Below, piece after piece: positions 29,761-44,100 of a stretch of 64,000 nucleotides of DNA. Positions within the stretch are counted from its first letter, which is position 1; every line of letters starts with the position of its first letter. The stretch spans positions 49,127,216-49,191,215 of the forward strand of contig NC_086385.1 in assembly GCF_036588685.1 (NCBI RefSeq). Reading direction: 5' to 3'. The notes beneath the pieces are model-generated. The model ran no database searches and was not told the origin of the DNA. It worked only from the letters and a program-made list of their open reading frames with translations. Source of the DNA: Mytilus trossulus. Lineage: Eukaryota. Position numbers and translations under genes: made by a program.

Positions 29761-31489
29761 TGTTATTTGAGGGGGTTCGCTACTCTGTTAAAATAACAAA
29801 TTTTTAAATAAAAGTTATGAATTTAAAGTAAAAAGATAACGGAAATAACATGGAATTTGAGATATATAATAAATTTATAATTTTGCGGGGAATTATTCTC
29901 TCTAGATTTTTTTGTTATATATTTTTTTAACCAGTGCAAGATTTTAAAAAGAAATTTTTAAACTTCAGGGAGTTACCATAGGATTAGTTGTGGGGAGGGG
30001 GTCTTTTGAACGAAATATTTTCCCAAAAATTAAACTCTCCAAAAATTTTAATCGATATTTTATTTTTCCTGTGATATCTCTTTATGTATATAATTTATAA
30101 TCTATATTACATTTATTGATTGATCATTTGGTGTTAAAAGCCACTAGTAGCCTTTTTGCTTTTTCCTGCTTGACAACCAGATTGTATTGGGAAAAGAAGC
30201 CGTAGAATGCCACTGACATGACATCTGAAAGGAAAACAGGGAATCCCAATCAATTAAGAGTGAGGTCGAACGCACCTAACACGTGCCTGGCATATTACGT
30301 TCAGTTGTAACCTGGTTTAACTTTGATTACAGTAAATGTCATTACAAAAGTTAAATATTGAAAAGTAATAATAAAACTAAGATCTTATGAACATCATTAA
30401 TTTAATAAATTAAGGATATTATTCATTTTTATCCCGTCGACAGATGTCTTAACATTCGATTTTTTTTTAAATTTCGATACATAGTGTATTATCCTGCTTT
30501 TAATTAAATTATTTAAAGATATTGAAAGAGGAACAAACCAATTCAATATAATATTTCAGTTAATTATAAACATATTTATCATTTAGTAGTCAACATGGAC
30601 CAATTGTACTTAACCTGCAGTATTATTGGTAAACAGCATGTCAAATGTCATGCTGAATATCTTAAAGTACATGTACGCTCGATCGATATTTCAGAAACAA
30701 TTGTTTTGATGTAGTTATTGCATTTTTCTTATTGGATTTTAACAGCCATGCTCAGAATTGAGATATTCTTGACCTAGGTGTGTTCTGAATTCAGGATAAA
30801 AAGAACGATTTATCGATAACATGTGCTTGACGTATATTCCATGTATTTTGAGTGTGTTTGATGACAAATGGTTCTTTTTGTTCCGTGTATTCATCTTTGT
30901 TCACTGTGTAATGTCACAGTGGTGACATAAGTTATTTGTGTTATTTTGCTTAAAGTAAGAACTTATTGTTCTATGTTAGCCACGGAAAAATAGCTTTTAG
31001 GTCCTTATGCTATTTGTTTTACTATTTGCGAACCATATATGTATGGTCTGTAAATAGTCAAAAAGAATGTTAAGGACATACGAGCTCAGATCTATGTTCC
31101 GCATATAGTCAAAACATATCAGAAAGACCTAGGAGCTAAAAGTGTGGCGTTAAACACCAACTGTCAATCAATCCATCATTATAATCATTGATTTTACTCC
31201 TTTGCATTACAAATATGTTGTCTTTCAAATTTTCTTATATGCCGTCAGTGTTTCCCGATTTGGCAAAGGATTAGCTTTTTGTATTGTGTAAATTGATTTG
31301 CTGAACGATAATAACCCCTTTGCCTTGTCCTATGTGAATTACTCTTGGAAAGTCTTTTAAATGACATGAAAGTTGTAGGCAAATCTTATGATGTATCTGT
31401 CAAATTCATTATCGCTTTTCTAGATTATGATCGATTTAACCTTAAAGGCTTATTAATCATGAGGGTCTCGATGAAGGAATCATAAAATG

Positions 31490-32030
31490 ATGGACAAAAA
31501 TAATAAGAATATGCAAAGCAAATAAAGGATACAGTGTAACGGGGTGTTGAAATGTGCAGGATAAAGCATAATGGTAAAAAATAATAAGAATAACAATTAT
31601 GCAGAACAAGTAAAGAAAAGAGTTTAATGGGATGCTGAAATACGCAGTATAGAGAAGTATGGTAAAACATAATAAGAATACGCAGAACAAATAAAGAAAA
31701 GAGTTTAATGGGATGCTAAAATGTAACAAATTGAGAATAATGGTCAAAATAATAAAAATACGCAAACCAAATAAAAAAGAGTGTAATAGGGTTTAAATAC
31801 GCAGTATAGAGAATTATGGTCAAAAATAATATCAATAGGCAAAACCAATTAAGAAATAAGAATAGACAAAGCAAATAAAATAACAGAGTGTAATGGGGTG
31901 CTGAAATATAAAGCATACAAAATAAAAGACAAAAATAATAATAGACAAACCAAATAAAGGAAGAGTGTAATGGGGTGCTGAAACGTAAAGATCAGAGAAT
32001 AATGATCAAAATAAAACGAGAATAGAGAAA
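31490..32030. repeat. Degenerate A-rich tandem repeat
   Basis: Recurring variants of AAATAAAGAAAAGAGT(T/G)TAATGGG(A/G)TGCTGAAAT; explains the overlapping minus-strand ORFs. Confidence 0.85.
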
Positions 32031-34871
32031 ACGGTCTAAAATATTTAAAGTCATAAGAAACCTCAAATTAAAAAAAATATATACATATGTTTTTTATAAC
32101 TAAATGGATAGTTTTCACTATACAACTTATTTACACTTTTTTTCTGAGAAAAATTCTTTAATTTGTCCACATATAGAAAAAGTTTACTTATTTTTAATTG
32201 CTTGCTTCCAGGAAGCAATTCGCCGACATATTTTCCGTATGCATAGTGACCCGAGCGTAACCCTCCTCGTAAAAATCCGGTGATCGCAATACGCATGGGT
32301 CTGTCATTGAAATAAACAAATACTTGATTATACATGTTAAACACGTGCTCAATACCCATGTTTTTTGTGATTTGTTTACTATAAGGTGACAATCGATAAA
32401 ACTCGGTTTCAAAACACGGCATTTAATGAGCAGCCATATTTGTTAAATCATAACAAACAGACAAAAAAAGTTGACGATTATATGATATATTTGCGAAAAT
32501 AATGATAAAATCATGCACAGAGAACTATTAAAGTATATGATATATACATGTATTGGTTCAAGAATTGGATAAACATTATTTTTCACCACCCACTCGTTTC
32601 ATATGACTTTAACATAAAAAAAAAAATAAAAGGTAAAATCACAAAAATACTGAACGCCGAGGAAAATTCTAAACGAAAAGTCCGAAATCACGTGGCAAAT
32701 CAAAAGCTCGAACACATCAGAGAAAAAGATAAAAACTGTCATATTCCTGACTTGGTACAGACATTTATTATGTAGAATAAAGGACCCCATCAACACATAC
32801 TGATTTCGTGGCATACGGTATTGACACTTGTAACTTGGGAGTATAATTTAATACCATATTTTGATATCAAGATGTCAAATGGTCTTTTGTATATTGCCAT
32901 CCTCTTATCCTCTCCTTAATTGCTTTTGAAACTGTGTGTTTCTTTCTTTTATTTGTTTGTTGTTTTGAATAGTGAAAATGTGTAACTTAATTTTAACTTC
33001 GGTTTGGCTTCCAGCTTTTCTACCAATGTGTATTTCTTAGGAACAAAGTTAAACCGTAATGTTATACTTATCTTTTATAGCTGACACTTGTTTTGTTCGT
33101 GTTCAAATTGTCATTTAAAAATGAAGCCCTTGCAATGTCAATGTGCTATCGACTATTTGCGTGTATTTGATTATTTGACAGACAAACTTTTATCAAGTTG
33201 TTTTGATTGACTATTGAAGTTTAAAAGTAGAAAGTCAACAGCACACATGATGGATAGAGTTTTAATATCTGCCAGACAAATTTAGATTATCTAGACTTGA
33301 TAACTTGTAATTGAAATGAAATTTACAATCGTTTTCTATTTTAATTGATCTGATGTATTTGTAAAGTTTAATGACTTTTGAAGTAGAAAGCAGATTATTT
33401 GTTCGATTGTTTAATGACTTTTAAAATAGAAAGCACACTTTTTGTTAGATTGTTTACTGACTTTTATAGCAGAAAGCTCAATATTTGATGGATTGTTTAT
33501 CCACTTTAGTCTTAAATAGTTTATTGGCCAATTACCGATTTGATTCTATTATTTTTTTCGTTCATTTTAATACGTAAATAAGGCCGTTAGTTTTCTCGTT
33601 TGAATTGTTTTACATTGTCTTATCGGGGCCTTTTATAGCTGACTATGCGTTATGGGCTTTGCTCATTGTTGAAGGCCGTATGATGGCCTAAAGTTGTTAA
33701 TAGTTATGTCATTTTGGTCTTTTGTGGATAGTTGTCTCATTGGCAATCATACCACATCTTCTTTTTATATACTTGATTTTTGAAACACAAGTTTTCTCCC
33801 TATGGTAATTGTAGACTGGTTCTAAACCGGGTTAACTGCAGAGGCGGATAAAGACGGGTTTTCAGAAGGCCCAACTCCCCCTTTTTTGGGGGGAAAAATG
33901 GTTGATTATAAAGGAAATCACTGAAGCATGACTGGAACGGGCCCCGACTTAGGCATTCAGTATCCCCCCCCCCTCTTTTATGAAAATTTCTGGATTACCA
34001 CTGAACAGGGCTACTGCCCATGCGAAGTAAGATACCTTGAATGTGTTTTATGTGGTTTTGAACTTTTCATTGTTTTCAAATTGTTTTTTTCAAGTGAAGT
34101 CCACCCAACGTCAATGTTTGATTAACTATTGCTGGTACTTGTTTATATGTGAGACAAATTTTCATTAACTTAAGTTTTTATTCTCTTAAATTATTTTAAA
34201 GAGGCTGTCCAAGTAAATATCAGGCAAATCCTTTGATATGAGTGGCACAACATATTTCCCACAGATATTTTTGAATCAACAGTGGATGGCTCAGAAAATG
34301 ATTTTAAAATTCACTAATAATGCAACAAAATTTAGTACAATCTGAAGAGTTATCTCCCCTTTTCAATGGATTTTCAGTGCTTTCTATGTATTTTTGTTCT
34401 CTTTATTTATTGCAATTAATAAAAAAAAATGTAACTTTGAGAAATAATGAATTTATCATATGAAAAAGATGAAAAAAATTTGAAAACAAAATATGTCATG
34501 TGCCATCCACTGCCTGGTTTTTCCATGAACACCCTCTTAAAGTTTAACAACTTGCTGTATGGAAAGGATTTTGTTTATTGTGAAGGCTGTATTGTGGCTG
34601 AACAGTTGTTTTTTTTCTACGTCATTCCGTCTCTGGTGGAGATTTCTTCATAGGCATTTTTTTCAAATCTTCTTATTGTATATAAAGTACAAACATACAA
34701 AAGTATTATTTTTATATTTATTGACGAAGAATGTCTGTACGTTTGACATCTAGATGATTGTTACCATATTGACCCCGAGATAACTGTATCGTGACCTCGA
34801 GATGAAAATGAATTGTTTGGATCGTTGGGTTTCTGTATCATCTTTTATAATCATGTTATATATCATTTCAG

Positions 34872-35102
34872 ATAGTAACTTTGTCCTTGGAAATGCTCAA
34901 GCGTCCAGTTTCCCAATCGTTTATTGTTCTGATGGATTTTGTGAACTCACGGGGTTCGCAAGAGCTCAAATTATGGGAAAGAGCTGTGCTTGTAAATTCT
35001 TATATGGTGCTGATTCGGACGAAACGGATAAAACTAAAATAGACGAAGCTCTGGAGGAAAGACAAGAACTTAAAACAGAAATATATTTATACCAAAGAAA
35101 CA
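34872..35102 (+). CDS. Elk exon: PAS domain N-half (SNFVLGNAQ...[29 protein letters not shown]...YQRN)
   Basis: tttcag acceptor, gtaagt donor, 231 nt, phase 1-1, KCNH PAS motifs. Confidence 0.93.
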
Positions 35103-38100
35103 GTAAGTCAAAAGTAAATTTCTGTTGATTTTCTTTTAACATGTTACATCAAAATAATTTCTTAACTAGATTGACTAGGTGGCTAGCCGATGTAAATAAA
35201 CTCATCATAGATACCAGGACTAAATTTTGTATAAACGCCAGACACGCGTTTCGTCTACAAAAGACTCACCAGTGACGCTTGAATCCAAAAAGGTAAAAAG
35301 GCAAAATAAAGTACGAAGTTGAAGGGCTTAAAGGACCAAAATTCCCAAATACAGCTATAATCTATGCCTGGGGTAGAAAAGCCTTAGTATTTCAAAAATT
35401 CAAAATTTTGTTAACAGTTAATTTATAAATATAACCATATCAATGATAATTCATGTCAGCACAAAAGGGCTGACTACTTGGCTGGTGATACCCTCGGGGA
35501 AATAATTTTAACTTGCTATTAATATAGGCTTTCCTTCACTCCACATGGGTAGAATAAACTACTAGTACATGTATGTCAATTTCGTCAGAATGTTTCATTT
35601 TTGTTTTTACTCCAAAACGTTATTTAGTATCCTCGATAAAATCGGTTCTCTGGACCAGGTTGCTAGTTTCATTCAGATTCGTGGACTGTATGTTCATAGA
35701 CCTTATCGTTATTTAGAATTCTGCGACACTTGAACTATTGATGTCATCCAACAATCATTTTTCATTCATTGAATTTTCTATTGTGAAGTCAAAATCTTAC
35801 GGGAACCTTTATGATGTCCAGTCATGGCAGACACACAGCGCTTAGGTGCATTAGTACCAGGGGCAAACTGGGTTATCCAATAATGAATTATGTCTTTGGT
35901 AAAAGTGCAGTACTTTATGTTTACTACGTGTACTATTAGATAAGAAAACAAATGCTCTGTCGTTTAAATCGACATTTACATTGTTATCCGTGTCGCCCGT
36001 ATGAGAAACCTGTCAAACACAAACACCAGATACGGGGGAAATGTGACATACGAGAATTATAATGTTTCCCGCTCTTAATTCCTTTACTAAGTACTCTTTT
36101 ATTTGTCCAATGGGTTTTGGTAATTTGATTTCATTTCCCTTTTAGTTATATCAATATTGCATAATATTCTTTATTTGTTGTAACAAAATAAACTTAAGCG
36201 TAGTGATTTAAACATTAATGTTTGATTATTTATTTTGCAATTGGCGGAAAATTGCAAATTGGGTAAGCAATTATCAGTTTTGAAAGCATATATAAAAAGA
36301 AAGACTGCATAAATGTTACATAATTTTTGTTCGTTTCATAATTTTAATTCCAAAGAGATAATTTGGATGATTTATAGGGAAGTAGTATTTGAACGCACCT
36401 TCTACCTGATTGATAATTGTAAATTAATTTTACATTGTGTCAGTTATCAAAGCATATTAAAAAGAAAAAGCCATGTCATTACATCTAGCAATAAATAAGA
36501 GGGTCTGCATGGGGTTTACAGCATAAAACAAAATTTAGTAAAACATGTTTTTTTTTCAAATGACAGAAAAGAGATAAAAAAAAAAAAGAGTGCTAGCATA
36601 TAAAGAATTTCCATGATTCTTCGTCAATTTATCCCTCTCTCCACCCAATGTATAATAAAATTAAAACAAACGTGTGGTTCGTTTGATGTCAGATCTTCAT
36701 TAAAATCCGATTATGGCGTCGAATTTTCTTTCTTTCCTCTGAACTTCCTATTGTGACGGCATGAAAAAGGGCGCCCATGCCTGATGACGTCAAATAGAAA
36801 GTTCACATCTTTTTGCAGATCATTCGAAAAGATGGAATAAGTTTGCCTGTATATTGTTAGACAGAAATTATTAGAGAAACAGATTCCACCACCAAATCTC
36901 CAGTGGATGAATATCGTATATTCGATATATATCCCCTCGATATCGACAGATAAATTTTCGGCGAGCCTCGCGTTTTAACTTTGAAAATTTAATTGTCTCC
37001 ATTGGATAAATATCGTAGCATACACGATGCTTTGAAAGAATCTATATGTAAAAATGAAAAGAAAAACAAAATAGATAAAAAGAAAGAAAGAAAAATAGTG
37101 GAAATTTGGCGATATCATTACAGAAAAGAGATACGTAGGGTGCTAAATTACAATAGAGAAAACTGAGAATAAAATATATTTGATACAAAACTGGACGGTA
37201 TAAAAACAGAATACAATGTTAATTTATTTGGCAAAAAAATTAAGAATAGAAAAAGTGCCATTAATACTATAAAATACAAGCATATAGAAAAAATGAGCAT
37301 GCAAAAATATTGAATAGAAAAAGTGTTTAAAAACAGAAAAGAGAATATTTGACAAAGAAATTTAAAAAAATGCAGAAAAATAACCTTGATACTTAAAAAA
37401 AAATCAAATATGAAGACTCCCCACTGAGACCCTCGTGTGACAGCTATTAAAGCATATTTGAACAAACACTGTGTCATTAGCCATATATTGGTTTACCTTT
37501 TGAGAGAATAGCTGTGCCATTAGACCAAGATAGGCTTACTATTCAGACGCAGATAGTCTTACAATTTAAGAGGAAAGCTGTGCCATTACTCAGAGATTTT
37601 AAATATCTCATCAACTAATCATTTACATTAGTCAACGCCACAGTCACCTGATCCCTCAAGATATTCCTTTAAATAATATAATGCAATTTATTGTGTTGTT
37701 ACAACCCGTTCACATCGATATTCAAATAAAAAAGTAGTAAAATTTCTTTGAACATCATATGAAGTGGCAATATAACACGAGAGCAATTGCAATTATAGGA
37801 TGCTGGCTTTGTTGTATCAATTCCTGCTTGAGTGAAGAGTTTATTTATTTAAAAAGCCACAACTCGTCATAAAGATATTGTGTTTATTAAGATACATAGC
37901 TTGTGTCAGTAATATTTCTTTGAACATCATAATAAAGTAGCAATATAACACGAGAACGAGTGCAACTATATGCACCTGCGCGATTGTTAAGTTTATTTAT
38001 CAAAAAAGCCGAAACTCGTAATAAAAGAATTATAGGTTATTGTGTTTATTAAATAACATAACTTGTGTTTCCGAAAAAAGGATTCCTGTAATTGTGTTTT

Positions 38101-41100
38101 GTAATAACAAGATATATGAAGATGTGGAGTGAGTCCCAATAAGACAACTCTCCATCCAAATCACAATTTGCCAAAGTTAACCACTATAGGCCATAACTGT
38201 TTGTTTCATTGTATTTGCATAATTCTAATTTGTTCTTGCTTTTATTTACCTTTTCCCCCTTTTTAATACTTATATAAATATTATTTCTTTCTATCTTTTT
38301 TCACATTATCAAAAAAGTACGTACAATGTATGTGTACATTTTACGTTATTTTCTGTGATACAAATCTAGGTTGGACTTTTATTTATTAAGTTGCAATTAA
38401 TATATTATATAATATATAACGAAAATCAGATTAAGTCCTTTCCATCCATACATTGTTCCTCAAATGTTACAGGTTGTAGCTAATATTACTACTTGTATGA
38501 AAACATATTCGTAATGACAACCCGATTGAATTTTTTTTTTAAAAGGACAAAAGACACAACAGTAAAGAAATACTACAATCATGAAAACCAAGGATTGAGC
38601 AATTCAGAACACTACATGATTTAAAGCTTCTTACGAACTTGGTGTGAACAATCAATTCAACATTGCCTGACACAGCGCTCTGTTTTGTATCAAACTTGAA
38701 ATCATATCCGGATCAAGTTTTATCCCTCGCGGAAGATTGATTTAAAAAATAAATTTACGTAAGGATTTGAAAATAAATTAAATTTTGATCGTCTTTATTC
38801 TGAGTGTAATAGGATTAGAAGTGAGACAAATGTCATCAAACAATTTTAAATTGGATTCTACAATTCATGAATAATAAGTACTTGGTCCAAACAGTGCTTG
38901 CGGATCAGGTGTTTTTTCTTGGAAATAGCTCGATCGTAGGCTATACAAATTTCCGATTCTTAATAACAACATCAGTTCTCATTGTGTGCGAGCTTAAAAG
39001 CTTTCAATGACTTAAGAACAAAGGCTGTTATACATCAATTGAATACTGGTATAAACAATCTTGATGGATCGTAGTGCACGATGATATCAAAAGAAGCCGG
39101 ACGACTAAATCTATACAAGATTTTTAGCTCACTTGACTCAAAGGGCTATAAGCTAATGACAACAAAATCAGTCAAGCAGATGACGTGTTACACCCAAACT
39201 TAAAATGCATGTATAAGAGGAGAATGTATGAATGATACACAACATTCATGTAAATATTTTTTTCAAAAAAAAACATACCCCCCCCCCCTTGAAAAATCAA
39301 ATGGTTGCTGCCTTAGATAAAGCAAAACAGATTATAGTTTCAATCTGTATCATTGATATTTCCTAAAGAAACCAAAGCCCTTTTTCATATTACCGACTTC
39401 TGACTCCGGAAGTAATAATTTTTCAACAGTTTTCCTTCAGGACAACCTGGTACAAGCACGAGCAACAGAAATAAGTAAATGCAAGATTTTTTACAATTTT
39501 GCGGGAAAGTGAACTAGTGAAATGTGTTCTATACATGATTAAATCATCGTGGTAAGTTACCTGTCGAATAATTGTAGAACACGGAGTCACTTACAAGTAC
39601 AAGTCGATTACATGAAAATCATCCATTAGAAACAATAACGAAGGACTTTGAAACCAGACATTTGATTGATGTCTTTGATGTTTAAATTGAAAGTGCAAAT
39701 TGATTCAATAAATGCTAAAGCTCGTATTCAGTATTGACCTAAAATTGAAATTTCAGTAGGAATTGAATTCTTTATTGAAACAATGACTAGAAGAATTAAA
39801 TTACGTTTAAACGATGTCACATTGATTGATGTTGACCATTCAACCTTGTGCTCATTTAATGTGATACATTTTGCAACCCAAATTCAACATTGATTCAACT
39901 TGATTTAATAGTATATGTATCTGGTTCTTACTAATATCAATGTCATTTGTCAATTTCGTTCCAAAAGGGGGGGGGGGGGGGGTCTGGGGGTTGAAACCCC
40001 TTCTTTGTTGCATCAATGCATTTGAATGGGAACATGGTTGGATAAACTAATAAAACATATTTTCATCCTACGTATACGTCTGCCAAATTAACATGAAGCC
40101 TTTATAGCATGCTGTTCGGTGTGTGCCAAGGCTCCGTGTTGAAGAACGTGCCTTGACCTATAATGGATTACTTTTATAAATTGTGACTTGGATGGAGAGT
40201 TGTCTCTTTGGCACGCATACCACATCTTCTTATATCTATGAATATGCCAACCACATATGTTCCTGGTAGGTAAATTCGTTGGTGTTTAAAAATGATATTT
40301 TGCATGTAATGGATTACAAAAACTATGAAAATTATATATTTTGAAAAATACTGGTTTCCATGGCAACAAATTGTTTTAAATATTATCAGACCTCTTGTAC
40401 TTGTGAAATGATCCCGAAAGATATGTTTCCTTAGATGCAAGATGACAGGGCATGATAGAAAGTTCTTTTTTTTTCTCCTAAAAATGTTCTCTATGACATA
40501 ACATTTCTGATAAAAGCAATTTTTGCTCCTTCAGGGTTTGTACGGTACGAATCTCAATGCTTATTGACAATGCCCTCTTAAAATAACAGCTCTATTAAAA
40601 CAGTAAAATTTTATGTAAAAATGACACATTTCAGGGGTTGTTTGAATGTAAAAATTGCTAAAATTTCCACATTCTCATTTATCCTATTCAGAACATTACA
40701 GTATAACACTTCACGCATGTCTATTTATAATAGTACACAATATTAACTTTCCTGCTTGCATGACCATTCTTCGTTAAAATGTGTTAAAAGCCCTCAAATG
40801 AAAAATATTTTTAAAAATTCAAATCCATTCTCATCAGTTTCTATAGAAACTTTGGATTATGTTGTCAGAAAACCATTTTATCATTTCAATTTACGGCATT
40901 TTCACAATTAAATCATGATTTAAATTGTCAGTGTGATATATAAGAGAAGTTTACTGCTCACGCTAAATTAAGCCGGGTAGTTCGGTAGAAATATTCTAGT
41001 TCCAGGACAAATTATAATTAAAGTGCGTGAAACAAATAATGAATATATCTATCGTCTTTTAGACACATAAAGAGTATTTCAATCATTTCTTAATTTACCC

Positions 41101-44100
41101 ATTTAAAAAACTTAATTGTCTCAGAGAAGGTAATATTTGTTTTTTTGAAAGACACATTTGTTCAAATTAAAATAGTCTTTAGGAATTTGTTGTCAGAATA
41201 TTTGAAATCTGATCATAAGACAAGTTTTGAGTTTGATGTATGAACCAGTAATAATGCATAGAGTTACATTGTTACAAAACTATATTTCCAAACGGCTTTG
41301 TAAGTGGAAAACATGAAATGAAAAGACTGATTGACGATGTCAATGTTTAATGAATAGGTTGATAAGTTAGTATTTTTGTTAATGAAATGAAATATTATTT
41401 AATCGATCCTTACGGGAACATCCTGCCATGTCAAAGTCAAGACTGAGTCTTGTACGAAATAAATCAAAGCTATTCTTCGGGGATCATTCTACCATGTCAT
41501 AACTAAAACAAAGACACAGTTGTGTACGAATAAATCAAAGCTATCCTTACGGGATCATCATACCATGCATGTCATAGCTAAATCCAAGACAGAGTCTTGT
41601 ACGGATAAATCAAAGCGATCACCAAGGGCACAAGTACGAACATTGAGTAAAAAATTGAAACAAGCATTGATAAATGATCATCTAAATCAGATGACACTAA
41701 ATACATTTTGTCCTTGAATCTGACCTTGACTTTGGACTCCTCCACAAATAATTTACTTTACATAAATAGATAAATTGTTGGTGTTTACGAACCAAAACCA
41801 CATATAAAGAACAGTATCTCTAAAGATGAACATGAAACGAATGCAACAGAATTATTAGATAATTATTTTCGTTAGAACAGAAAGATCGAATAGTTATGCG
41901 CCATTTTAGGGCATAATGTTTTCTGATCTGTGCGTCCGTCCGTCAGTCGTACCGTCCGTCCGTCCGTCCGTTCGTTCGTTCGTTCGTTCTTTCGTTCGTT
42001 TGTTCGTCCGTCCGTTCGTCCGTCTGTCCCGCCTCAGGTTAAAGTTTTTGGTCGAGGTAGTTTTTGATGAAGTTGAAGTCCAATCAACTTAAAACTTAGT
42101 TAACATGTTCCCTATGATATGATCTTTCTAATTTAAATGCCAAATTAGATATTTTATCTCTTTATCGCGGTCCACTGAACATAGAAAATAATAGTACGGA
42201 TGGGGCATCCGTGTACATAGGACACATGCTTGGTTGTTTTCCTGTTTCAATGATGGGTGGGATTTAGGACAAGTAAGCCTAAGTACAACATGAGTCTTAT
42301 ATTTTACTCTTATACGTTTGATGATTGTGGGTCGTTTCTGTTCAAGTGAGTGACTCTAATAAAACGAAACAAACCTTTACCGTTGTTATAAACTACTTGT
42401 TGTGTTTGTTTATGTATCGTTTCGCACATTCGCCTTCTCCCATAGCTACCAGATTGGTTTGTTGTCCTAAATGGAATATTCTTGGTCCAATAACTATAAA
42501 AATGGATATCGTTAGGGGAAACATAATCAGGGGAAAAAACTAGGTAGAATTAATACAGCAGATTATATGTTACAAGCACATAACCATAGGATCTTTCTTG
42601 AAAGTATGATACAGCGAAACTCTCAAAAGCTTTTAAGTAAGATTAAACTTGTATATAAATCATGTTTCATTCCAGAAAATGGTGTTTGCCTCTTTTTACA
42701 CATATTTTTATTATGCATCATTTTTCATTTCAGAGAATGGTTTCTGGTGCTTACTTGATATTGTTCCAATCAAGAATGAAAAGAGCCAAGTTGTACTGTT
42801 CTTAGTATCACACAAAGATATAACCAAAGACCGAACGCCGTCCATCGTTACCAATAATAACAAAGATGAATCAGGGTCAGATGAAGGTAATTGTATCTTT
42901 TTTTCTTGTAAAATAATTAAATAGTTTACAGTTCTGTACGCACAGCACCGTATACATGGTGCTGACGTACAAAACTCTCACATGGGAGTAGCCACTTGCA
43001 AAAGTCAAGTGCATTTTTATTCAGGTAATAAGTACACGTAATTCATTTTATATCAATGAGAATTATGAAAATTGTCTCGTCTCTAACTAGCACTGCAACA
43101 TCAATATTTGCGACTCTTCTTTGACTATCAACCTGTAAATAAATAATTTTCATAACTATTTATTTGGAAAAAAGCATCTAGAGCACTTGACTGCAATGAA
43201 TCGAATGACTTTAACTACTACCAAACCACCCGTGCATGCAATTCTTCCCTCATACTTTATATATCCAATCAAACAGACCTTTCTATAAATAGCATAAACA
43301 CATGTTCCTTACCAAACAAAACAAACTAGCATCGATATATGTACAACTTTGATAAATATAAATAGTTGTAGTATAAACATGTATTTCTAGTTACTTTATC
43401 TAAATATGTTTTACATGCATTTACGCAAAATTAGGAACTTTTTTACACGGGAATAAACATCCTTCCAATGTGCCGTAGTTTTATACGATGTTAAAGAACA
43501 ATTTTTAAAAAGAACCATATTTATATTACTGTGAATTCATTTATTTTCGAGGGTATCAACTTTTGTGAAAACTTGAATTTTCGTTGGTATTTGATTTCGT
43601 GTTTTAGATAATCTCCGCATACAAAGCCTTTAGAAAATGTGTGATTCGATCAACATTTGAATTCGTGGTTCATCTGTAACCACGAAAACCACGAAAATTG
43701 ATATCCAACGAATAATAATGAATCCACAGTACTTGTTGTTGGGTTTTACAAATCCAATAGTGTTCACCATTATCAATATTTATTACATTGTATAGGCTTG
43801 TAAATTCTAAGTAAGTCTGTTCATTTATGTTTAAAAATGCTACATTCATTATTAGACTGTGCAATTTCATACATAAAATGTTGATAAAAAAAAAATTCGA
43901 CACTAGAAAATACCGCTAGTCTTAGAGATGAATAATCATTTGAGACATTAGACTATTCACCGGATTTGTTATTACATAAGCAACACGACGGGTGCCACAT
44001 GTGAAGCAGGATCTGCTTACCCTTCCGGGACACCTGGGATCAGACACCCCTAGTTTTTGGTGGGGTTCGTGTTGCTTATTCTTTAGTTTTCTATGTTTTG

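Noticed and set aside
31425-32422. Cluster of minus-strand ORFs as genes
   Set aside because: Low-complexity repeat translations (31.4-31.9 kb) or no recognisable domain or splice context.
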